Assembly: GCF_964204865.1 (NCBI RefSeq)
Contig: NC_135254.1
Coordinates: 11,842,001-11,906,000, forward strand
Direction of reading: 5' to 3'
DNA length: 64,000 nucleotides
Source: Styela clava
Lineage: Eukaryota
Shown: positions 52,701 through 64,000 of the stretch, in pieces
How positions within the stretch are numbered: the first letter of the stretch is position 1
Layout of the letters: each line of letters opens with the position of its first letter
Notes under the pieces: generated by a model
What the model saw: only the letters and a program-made list of their open reading frames with translations
Told to the model about the DNA's origin: nothing
The model's database searches: none
Translations under genes and position numbers: made by a program

Positions 52701-55700
52701 ATTTCTCTCCTTCAAAATAATAAATACTATCACAATTACAACCAGTGCATTATCGCCGTGTATTAATAATTCGTTTTTAGTTTCTTCTCTCGAATTTCGT
52801 TGGATGTGGTCTGCTCTGCAGCTTTTAGTACCAAAGTAGATTCAATTAACGACACTGAAAATGAGCCCGAAATTGTTAAGAAGGCTAAAGAGCTTATGAA
52901 AGGTGGAGGAGTTTTGAGCAAGATGTTTGTTTTACTTATAGGTAATAATTTATTGTTTTCAGATGGATATAATATTCTCATAAACATAATTGCACTTGGT
53001 CTATTGTCACTCAAATTTCGTGCAAAATAAGATTTCAACCACATATCATCTAGTTTTATTGTATTCTGTAGAGAAAGTGAAAAATTGTGCTCTTTGGCAT
53101 CAAGTTAAATATAGATTTACATATACATTGTTCGTTGAAGCTGTTGAAGGACGTTCTGTTGATAAATAACAAATGATACCGCAAATATATTTCTCATGAG
53201 TAATACTGTTGTTGTATTTTGTTAAAGAATGTTTTGTTACATCTAGATATTTTTTCCGTAAATAGCTATTCACTGATATTTGATAAATTTATCCACATTT
53301 ATTTATAATAAACACAGTGTTGTCTGAGTTTCTCGAGAAGGTCCTCGAAAAATTGAATATTCCGTTGGTTCGTGGTGAGTCGCTCAAGTACTTCAGGAGA
53401 CTTACGGATCACGTGATAGAAAAAAGGAAAAATAATCCACATGATACGGTATTTCTTGATTTATTACTATACGAAATGTGTGTAGCAAAGCACAGCGGAC
53501 AAATTTGTGTTGCAGCATCAGGAATGATACCTTACATATCATGATATGATACCTTACTCAAGTTTAACGATCTGATAAACTACGAAAAATATACACAGAA
53601 TGAATATCTCTGGTAAACTTTTGGGAAACCCACAACTGGCAGGTGTAAATTTTCTTATATTTAAGCTATTGACATGTGACTGCATATATATACCATAGAT
53701 TGTTTCCTCATACAGGGACGTGTTGATTTGATGCAATTGATGTTAGATGCTGAAATATCTCCGGATAAAGTAAAGGAGGGCGCCGAAAAAGGTTTTTGTT
53801 TCACTATTTTTTTATGGTTATGAAGTCAAGTAATTGGGTAGTTTTCACATGAAGACACCAATCCAGCAGAAACGCTTTAAAAATATAGCATGCGGATCTC
53901 GATTAATGTAAAGCCTGTCGGTCTCTATATATATAACTGAGTATTACGTGTAGGTTTCTTTTTTTAATAACGAATCATGTAAAACTCCAACATGGTCTGG
54001 CAGCCGAGCCATATCACACGCACATTTACAAAAGCCTGGAATTTACTGCAGTATGGTTTACCTAGGTTTGACAAAAATCGAAATCATTGGTAATTCTATG
54101 CTGATGATAATGGCTGGATACCAAAACACTGGAAACCTGATGAGTTGGACTTCCTTCAATTTTGCTCGACATCCGGAAATACAGGCCAAAGTTCAGGAAG
54201 AAATAGATGAAATGATAAAAACTCATGTATGTTATAAACAGATTTAATTTCTAATGTAGTTTCTACTCAGCTTTTTAGGACCCTTTTGACGTAAAATCAA
54301 TCAAGCTTTTTGAATGCCACAGAAATACATTAAATTGACTTCCATACTGTCTATGCCTGCAAATTTGTTTTTCAAATTGGAAAGATTTTTTGTTACTTGT
54401 GACAAGATCCCAATGCGCTGTACACAATACTTAATTCGTGATGTGCAGCATAGTAATAACATTTTTAATGGTTATTCAGGGCAAACTGGATTATGATGGT
54501 ATAAATGGCTTGAAGTTTTTGGACATGTGTATCAATGAAACTCTTAGACTTTACACGCCAATTATAAGGTACGTTTTATTTTAAATGTTTGTATTTTTTG
54601 TGGGTGAAAAGGTGAATTGTATAGTACGAACAATTTCGAACTAAAAATGTTCTTGAAACTCAAAAAATTGGACTGTTAAACAATAGGATGAAAATTTGCA
54701 AATTTTAGGTTTTTTCCGTGTGCAATATTTAGTGCAACGTAAAGTTATTAAAGTTATATTGAAATTGGGAATTGATAAGAACATTTTATATAATCACTAA
54801 GGAAGGTAATGTTGGTTAATTTGTCATGTAATTTTAGCTATATAGCCTGCCCTATATAATGCTTTCGTTTTGAATTATGAGTGTATTTATGGGTAAAATG
54901 CATTTCTTTGTAGAACCTTCCCTCGTAAATATTTGTGTTTAGAAATGCTCGCATAGCTGAAAGAGAGACAACAATCAATGGCCTCACAATACCAGCAGGA
55001 TTGTTGGTTGCCATACCGGTGTATGGACTGGCACATGACCCTGATTATTGGGACGAGCCATTTGCTTATAAACCGGAAAGGTATCTTTTTTTAATTCAAC
55101 TCATTTATATAATCAAACCATAATGGGCAATAAACACTTAAAGCAACGACTGAGCAGCTTAAGAATATAATTTCAAAATTACCCAGTTTTTTGTACTACA
55201 TAGACATTAAATATAGTCAATTTAGTTTTAATGTAATATTTGCCATAACTGATAAAAAAATGGTATAATGAGCAAGTCAAATATGATATTTAAATATTGA
55301 CCAATATTTCCATGTAAATATAAAGCAAACACGTGCTAATATTCCGAGTAATTCAATAGTTGCGCTTCACACTAGCTCAATGATATTTTTGGAACGTTTC
55401 ATTTGACCAAAGTCAGTCGTCCCAGACATACATGATTCAACTAAACTACATAATTCAAGAATTGAGCTAGTTTTGCCACTAGATGTGCACCAAAACTCCT
55501 GGATTACTTAGAATATTACCACGTGTTTGATTTATATGGAATTACTTAGAATAGTAGTTTTTAATTTTGCTATAGCATCCTTGTATTATATGCATATGGA
55601 TCCACTGGCATATAAACACAGAAGAAGGATAAGTAGTTAGTCCAACTGAAACCGAATCAATATCCTGGGATGCTCGTAAAATAAAGCGCGCAATGAATTT

Positions 55701-56461
55701 TGACGTGAGACGACTATTAAATGCACTGCAGTTTTTCACCACATTGTTATGTTATGATAAATACGAAATATCGATATGTTCAATTCTAGTATCTCTTATT
55801 TTTTTCCCTACACACGAGATGATCCCTTGCGATTTGTAGCCTTTAAAACCACAGAAGCATGATAAAAGTTTGAAGAATATTGACCGCTCATTTACTTGGA
55901 GTTGATATTTTCAGAATGCGCGACATGAGTCAAATTGATCCGATGATGTTTCAACCGTTTGGAGCAGGACCGAGAAATTGCATTGGCTTGAGATTTGCAC
56001 TGATAGAAGTCAAGATGGCACTAGCGAAGATTTTACACCAGTTCACTATTAAACCAGCAGAGAATACACCGGTTTGTGAACACTTCTATATTAGCTTCAT
56101 TACAATCACGAATTATTTATTGAATCATCTAGTTACGCTATGTGATAAAGTTAATTATTGATACGGGCTTTACGTGATGACAAACATTGGGTATGCTTTC
56201 GTGAACAATATGGTTGTTATACGTTACTTTTAGCAATCAAAAAATTACTGCAATGTATAATACAATTATATTATGTTACAGCTTGGGAGTGCATTTTTTT
56301 GTTTGTTTTCATTATGTATATTTAGCGTTATTAAAATGACGTACTCGAGACATATTGAATTACTTTCACAGGAGGCGCCCATGAAATTCAAATTCACCAA
56401 TACCCTTGCTCCTGCAGTGAACTTCGATTTGAAGGTGGAACCAAGAAATGTAGCAGAGTAA
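49800..56461 (+). CDS. Cytochrome P450, clan 3 (CYP3-like), 14 exons, apparently intact
   Basis: Exons approx. 49800-49870 (MITPLDILSIETWVLIISLL), 50705-50810, 51079-51131, 51424-51520 (DPDILRQIFIKEFSNF), 51752-51831 (WKRMR), 52351-52485 (LTPTFSSAKL), 52781-52941 (DVVCSAAF), 53318-53448, 53716-53791 (DLMQLML), 54066-54226 (AGYQNT), 54480-54568 (ETLR), 54943-55080 (PER), 55915-56071 (PFGAGPRNCIG), 56372-56461. Confidence 0.93.
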
Positions 56462-56874
56462 ATGTGAAAAGTGGAAATGAGATTGACTTTCAAACTTTGT
56501 TTGATTATACATTTTTTTTTAATTTTTACCAATTCGGTCACTATGACCACAATAGGAAATGACTCCGAATATCGATTACTTTACAACTACTGATTTTGTG
56601 TTTCATGCAATGTTAAGCTATTAATAAACAAAAAATAGACTGCAAAAAGCAAAAATAAAAGTGTAACAAAATATAACTTTCTGTCTTCATATATTTGACA
56701 TCTTTGATTTAATGTATTTGCAACCATTTCGTGAGTAACTGTCACCGCATTTCATGCGTCATTTACACGCCATTAAAATTTGTTTAGTCACTAGCGCAAT
56801 TAGAATTCCTCTGAAAACATGCATATTAAATGGTATCTCAATTCACGTTAATCAACTTCATAGATTGAATTATT

Positions 56875-57110
56875 GGGTGCTCCCGTAGTATGTGAATCAA
56901 GATGGCGGGCCCCGAAACGTAGTATGTGTGCCAAGTCAGGGTTAGGCCATAATTTCAGGTACAAACACTACGGGAGTCACTTGGATAGTCCCCGAACTCG
57001 TACCAGAACTAAAATAAGGTAAATTGGAATAAAATTATGGCCTAACCTTTACCTGGTACACGTACTATGTTCAGGAGCCCGCCATCTTGGTGCACATACT
57101 ACGGGAGCGC
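56875..57110. mobile_element. Longer member of the palindromic MITE family, present in the right arm only
   Basis: TIRs gggtgctcccgtagtatgtg / cacatactacgggagcgcc; absent at the homologous site ~42120. Confidence 0.85.
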
Positions 57111-59403
57111 CTTTTATTGCATGCACATACGTAAACAATACCTGGACTGAAGACCTGAAGTAAAAAGTGGGATGAAACTACTAGAAACATAGTTGCTATA
57201 GTATCCATCAAAATTTGAAAAATATACTATATATATTACTGTTAATCTGTATGCTTCCGAAGTTGAACATTCCGAGCTTAGGTTCGAAACAAGGCTGTGA
57301 AATCCGTAAAAATTTACTCCCGACTATGGGTTAAGAAAAATTTATACGACTCTTGAGTCCTAAAAATTTCGACTCTGGCTTCAAACTGAGAGCTATGTAG
57401 CAGGGCGAACCACTGACCCGCCACGATTTTCCGGTAAACCTCTACGCTATGAATTATTAATATTTCAGTGATAAATATTGAACCCTTTTGCAAGCGCATA
57501 AGCAAGGGGGGTAGTATAATGTTTTGGATGTACACGAGAATCAGATGCTACTTTGCTGTTTACTTTATGCCGTAAGGCGTGAACAATACCGAATTAAACA
57601 ACATCGGAAGGTTTCCGCTTTCATTGGTCGATTAGGAATTACTTAGCTAGACCTAGTAGGCTATAAACTAATGAAGGTTGTGACAGATTAGAAACGCCTT
57701 GTGTTTGTCCGAACCGATTACAGTTGAATGACGACAGAATGAAAGCATTTTGTCGTGAAATGCTAACCCTCACGACGATTAAAATTTATCTACTGTAGGG
57801 TTACATTAGACCCGACATGTTTTGCCTGATTAGACCTGGGAAACAAGCAACAACTCCAAATTTAGAAATATAAATTTTCGGGATAAAGAGCTACGTATAT
57901 TGTCGCCTTCAATGGTAAAGCATAGTAATTGCTGTTATTTTCAGTTTTATGCTTACCATTGCAGCAATAAGCGATCATGAAAATGTATTACAAAGAGTAC
58001 AATGTGTTAGTTCCCGCAGGATCAGATGATTTTATGCTGTCTAATCCTAAACTTGCTTTATTAATATTTACATAATAATCAACAATCAAACCAATAATCG
58101 GACCTGAGGCGTCGAAATTGCGAACGGCTGAAATTAAAATAACATTATTTGCGAAAATACACGATTATTTCATTTACTTTCTAACAGAATATAATGTTGT
58201 TTATGTTCCACGTTGCAACATTTTCGTCACCACCACTCAATTTGGCGTTGTTAGTATTACATCACGACGAACAACTTGGTGTGCCAACTCGTGATCCGGA
58301 TGGCAACACTGTGTTGCAACTTGCGTGACGTAATGACCTCCAATGCGTAATTTTCGTTGCTTTGAATAATATGAAGATCACACTAAAAGACACAGCGCTA
58401 ACTCGAAAACAGCATAAATGAATCCGCTCTAGTTATATAAAGCAACACTAAGCAATAATGATGATAGTGTTTTGCAGATAGATTATTTTATCGAGACAAT
58501 TTTTGGAAACTATTTCAATGCTAAATTCATGTTGTGTAGTGCGTATCTTCGTGACAGCAAACTTCTTATAATATATGATTCATTTCTTTAGTTTTTTTCA
58601 ACAGGTGGCCAAAGTGAATCCACACACAGGGCAGTGGTAAAGAAAGAGAAAATGTTGTATATGTGATATTGGGAAATATATATGTTTTATAATTATAATT
58701 ATCATATTGATAATTATAATATATATTTTTTTACGGCGCTTATTCAGGCTATTCTTTCCGAGCAAAGCTGTACGTTCACGTACACCTAAAGCTATTTTTA
58801 CTTAGATTAATTTGTGTTTAGTATTCACTATATATTGGATAGGTAGGCATTTCAAGACATATTGTTGAATACGAACGTTTACATTCAGTGCTACAATCCA
58901 CTTAAGTTTTCAAACAAAATCTCCTTAAGGCTGCGCTTCAGCGTGATTGGTAGAGAGAATAGCATATCGACAACAACACGAATACGTCACTCGCTACTCG
59001 TAGTAGATAAAATGTTTGCTTCCATTCCCTCATTATAGTGTAGAATAAGAATACAATGACGGTACTTGTAGAGCTAATATGCGACAATCTGAGAGTCTTT
59101 ATTCAACATGTCTCTCAAAAGAAATCAAGAATCATAAGGCCAGGTGTAGCATAGTTATAGGAATCAGAAACCGATACCAATATCTAATTCTAGTTGATAT
59201 AAATTTGTAAGCGGACATATATCTGTATATAATTCTAGTGAATGTTACAATAGGCTACTACATTAGCTCAAGATGTAAGGATTTCACACATAGGTAGTAC
59301 AGTTGTGCCAATGTGCCAAGACTTTTGCTTATCACTATAATAACTTGAATTTTAGACTCTGACAAATTGTAATAATATAAACGAGTTCAACAGCTATATA
59401 TAT

Positions 59404-62400
59404 ATGATGATAACTCCACTGGACATTTTATCTATTGAATCGTGGATCTTGATTGCAAGCGTGATATTACTCATCAGGTTGGTATGTACGATTCGTTACT
59501 GTCACTTCCGACTGGATTTGTATTACACCAGTAAATATATGCTCGAACTCTGCAATTTCTGGTGTCAAAAGAGAAACATCGTTTGCTTGAACCATTGCTA
59601 TGTACGCCTATATATATTTTTATTCATTACGTAATGTAATAGTGATTTTCCATTAGTTAAAACGAACAGTTTACGATATGTTTTGGGCACTTTCTGATTT
59701 GAGCCAATTTTATTTTTAGGTATTATTTGAACCAGAAATGGAGGTATTTCGAAAAGCTCGGCATTCCTTATAATCCACCGTCTATACTTAAACTCGGAAA
59801 TATACTTTCCGCCTTCGATAAAGATGTAAGTCGATTGAGTTCATAGGATTTGTAACTATAAAGTTGTTGCATAGGTGTAATTAAGATGAATTGGATGCTG
59901 AAATCCGTAATGCTTTATTTTCAGAATCATCTCAACTTCTGTAATTTATTTGTATATTTACGACTAATCAATCCTTAGGTTTATACACAGCGAGCTGTCA
60001 AGGAAACGAATCTTGTACAACGATCAAAAACGATTTTAATTTAGACATAAATTATTGCTCAAACAAATTTGAACAATAAATGCAGGCTTTCTCAAATACA
60101 AGTTCACAAAAGTACATACTATTGAATGAAAAATTGAATGACTGAAACATAAGTTAAGAATGTATTATGCAATAAAAAAATATTCCGATTAATTATCGTC
60201 CATTCATATTGAAAATAATTTGCTATTTAAGTAGGCTTTGGTTGTTAATGTTTATGTTTTAACGTACTGACAAATCGTCTTTTTTTGCCAAAAATAAAAA
60301 AAACACGTTATTTTTGTAGAATGCGTTCGAATATGACAACCAATGTAAGAAGAAGTATGGAAATATCTGGGGGTATGAAATTTTACTTATTAAGCAATAA
60401 ATTCAATTTTGAATGTACTTGTCGACAGTTGCAGTGTGTAAAAAATACTGACATTCTTTGCTGCCCTATAATTACACGGTTATGTTAGTTAAATAGTTCG
60501 TTTCACATATTCAAGATTTAAAAAGAATGTAAGTAAATTGGAATAATTTTTTCGATCATGGAATAATATAATGAAATATTTATATATTGTTGGTTTTTAT
60601 CACCTCATTATTTTTTACAGGGCATTTACAGGGGTAACGCCAAGTATATCGGTTCACGATCCTGATATTTTGAGACAAATTTTTATCAAAGAATTTCAAA
60701 CATTCCCAGACAGACAGGTTAGTGCTTCTGATACGTCTATTTCAAATAATATCGCCTTTTTAATTGGATACACATTGGAATTTTGTGTATCAGCGTAGAA
60801 GAAAATATTTATAGGAAGATAAAAATTTGATAATGAAGTGTTTTATACCCTAACATTTTTAACATGATTATGTGTATACTGTATAGGATACTACTATGTT
60901 CGTCTAACTTAAATCTTCGCTGTTCCAATGCCGCTTGTTTCTAACGTAATATGCATAATGTATAGTGTATATGGAAATTCATTGGCAGACATTATATAGC
61001 CTTATATCAGCTCTTAGGTAAGGCCATTAAACTCTCTCGTTGAGCGGTTTCTGTTCAATACATTTTGTTGGTTAACATTTTATCAACTTCATTTAATTAT
61101 ACGCTATTTTAACTTTTAGAAAAGATTGACCAAGGTAAATGGCAAAGAGATGAATACTGGCCTAACTGCCGTGCAGGGGAATCAATGGAAGCGGATAAGG
61201 TAAGGATATAAAAAAAGCAATTTGCGGCCGTTCAATATGAAAGTCATACTTGGATATTATTCAAGTTGTCATTCATGTCTTATATGAATTGGAATCAGTC
61301 AACTTACCTTTTAATTACGGATGTCAATGATACACACAGTGCCAGTTTATTTCATGACAGTTCTATGGTTTCGAGTGCTGTTTTTCATGATACTGTGGTT
61401 TTAGTGTCGGTTGCTAATTAGATTTAGATTCTGAACCCCGTAATTTAAATCATGCGCATGCCAGAAGTAACTCGAAAATTTATTTTCTCGAAATATGTGG
61501 ACAAATCAGAAGTGTTTTCATCATGAATTAGAAATAAAATGATTTTTTGTCAAAATGCTATATATTATTTTTACAGAAATACCATGACACCAACATTTTC
61601 TACTTCTAAACTGAAGCAAATGTGTGGTATAATCGACTGGTGTGCCGGCAATACTGTTGATGCACTGAATAGAAAAATTGAAAATAACGAAGGGGTGTTT
61701 AATTCAAAAGAGTAAGTTTTTACTACTTACTATTTTGTTTAGTAACTTGATGAAATGAACTTTTTTCTAGAATTTTGACAATAATGCATCAAGGTCATTC
61801 TAAAGATTACTAATTTTGTGATTCCAGGATCTTTTCCCGTCTTTCATTGGATATAGTGTGCTCAGCAGCATTCAGCACCAAAGTTCACTCGCAGGATGAT
61901 AGAGTAGAAGAGCCAGAAATTTCCAAAAATGCCAAAAAGTTGTTTAGCGGATCAATACTCAGTCCTCTTATCATATTGTTCCGTAAGTTGAACTGGAAGT
62001 ATGACTCAGATTGAATAATAAACTGTATAATTTTGCTGTAATCGACGCACGCCTTGGTTTGTGGATATGTTGCTTGTTTTACCTCTTCTGTAACGGGCAC
62101 ACGGACAATTAAGCAACGAAGGTTGTCAATTCGGCCACCACACTATTTCATTAAGCTTTCAATGACCAAAACTTTTTGGCATAGAATTTTTTGCGTCTAA
62201 ATATAAATTATTGTGCAGCCGGTAAGTGCTAAGCAGAATTAACTTTATCGTCCAAATGTGATTCATCAGATATTTGCATGTTGTTATTCTCAACGACAAA
62301 AATATATTATTCATCCAGGACATTGTTTTTTGTGTTTATGATTTTAGTTATCTTTCCACCTCTTGAAAAAATGTTTGCAAAATTCAACTTCTCAATGATG

Positions 62401-63902
62401 GGCGGTAATGGGTTAAATTACTTTAAAAAACTAGCAACACACGTAATGAATCAACGACAAGAAAATTCACATGCACACGTAAGTAAGCGATTTTTCATTT
62501 TATAACTGAAGATATTTATTGCAAAAGGAAGATTCCTAATGTGTTAATTAATTGAGTGCACATTTAGTTGTTTTTTGGAGTGCCATGCCCATACGATATA
62601 TTCGTGAAAGATTTTGTAAACATGACTAAAATCTGTATTCCAGGGCCGGGTAGATCTCATGCAATTGATGTTGGATGCTGAAGTATCAGAAGAGAAAATC
62701 AAACAAGGCGCGGAAAAAGGTAACTGATCTAACAGCATGTACAGTATATATGTGATTGTCACAACACGTTGCTGAAACTTTACTCCAAATCTGCAGATTT
62801 CAACTGTGCTATCTACCTATTTTATGCTTATTTTTAAACGAAAAAGGGGAAACATAGAAAATTAAATGTTCATAATTAGTAAATTTATAATTTTAAATAA
62901 TTTCACTAAAACGATAATGGTGGCACTATTCGTACACAGTTTTTAGGTGATAATAGTGACGGAATATCACAGACTCATTTCAATCGAAATTGACGACGTT
63001 AGCTTGTTTTCAGGAATGACAAAAACAGAAATCATTGGTAATTCGATGTTAATGATTTTGGCTGGTTACGAAAACACTGGGAATACAATGAGCTGGACAG
63101 CTTATAATTTAGCCCAACATCCGGAAATACAGGTCGAAGTTCAAGAGGAAATCGATGAAATGATGAAAGTTGAGGTAAATACAGCTGAGCCTATTTGAGT
63201 TTGTAAACTATAACAACCTTCTTTCCATTCAACATCACGGAAACGGTTTTTGCTTTCCATTTTATTCTGGGCACAGCGAGCAAACATTTTTGTTCAAATA
63301 AATGACGTCGCATACACAAAAGCAAATAAATCGAGCATAAAGTGAAAAAACTTCCCACGCATTCGTGTAGCATAACGAATCGTACTCCTTATAGCTCAGA
63401 TACGGCTGAACGCTATTGGTCCTTTCGATTATTAGCTTGAAAGCTTTAATAATATTTTATACAGGGTAAATTCGACTACGAAAGCGTGACGAAATTGAAG
63501 TTGTTGGACATGTGCATCAACGAAACCCTCAGACTCTACATGCCGATTCTAAAGTATACATACTTTATTCATAATAAAAATATTTTTCTTCAAAATCCAA
63601 TTGCTTCAATAATCAATATGTGTGAATGGTTGGTTTTTCGTATAATAAGATTCATACGAATTCTACATGTCAATATACAAATGATCTTTGAAGTAGGAAA
63701 ATTCGACACCTTGCGTTAAAAATGAATCTGTACCCACCGAATTAACTGGAACATTTCTTTACAGAAATGCTAGATATTGTGAGAAAGAAATCACTATCAA
63801 CGGTTTAACAATTCCAGAAGGGATAATGATAAGTATACCATCATATGGACTGGCACACGATCCTGAATATTGGGACGAGCCTTATCAATTTAAACCCGAA
63901 AG
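59404..63902 (+). CDS. Second CYP3-like P450 paralogue, 3' end outside the window
   Basis: Same exon structure: 59404-59477 (MMITPLDILSIESW), 59720-59825, 60320-60372, 60621-60717, ~61120-61199 (WKRIR), ~61578-61712, ~61828-61982, 62348-62478, 62644-62719, 63014-63174 (AGYENT), 63465-63553 (ETLR), ~63765-63902 (PER); introns not alignable to the first copy, so an older tandem duplicate. Confidence 0.9.
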
Positions 63903-64000
63903 GTAATTTATTCTTTTCAAAAATATAGTCGAATTTATTATCCTCCCGTGAGTAGCATCTGGGTTTGCTTACGAGTTTCTTTATACAATTTCGCTTTAGT

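Noticed and set aside
33931-63902. AFMID plus CYP3 genes as a metabolic gene cluster
   Set aside because: Only adjacency supports it; kynurenine hydroxylation is done by a flavin monooxygenase, and the P450 array is explained by local duplication.

Overview
AT-rich, intron-containing eukaryotic DNA; gene content and repeat style suggest an invertebrate chordate such as an ascidian (inference). The ORF track is mostly uninformative because real genes are split into short exons, so gene models were spliced by hand. Left to right: (1) a complete annexin A7/A11-like gene (minus, 1257-13890) with a GYPP-repeat tail and two candidate cassette micro-exons; (2) a transposon island (~14.2-25.2 kb) containing an Academ-like relic and a hAT transposase broken and inverted at its own catalytic DETTD motif, matching reversed-ends transposition; (3) a gene almost invisible to the ORF track (minus, ~25502-32858) encoding a signal peptide, three tandem Frizzled cysteine-rich domains and a helical tail, with no transmembrane or netrin domain - a candidate novel multivalent Wnt/lipid-binding secreted protein; (4) a head-to-head kynurenine formamidase-like gene (plus, 33931-~36418); (5) a CYP3-like P450 cluster: an inverted, decayed ~7.9-kb duplicate flanked by 317-bp direct repeats, its intact source gene (49800-56461), and a third paralogue running off the window. 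The intact P450s have Asn in place of the conserved I-helix Thr. Many hAT-type MITEs, a palindromic MITE family and a tRNA-like SINE are interspersed.
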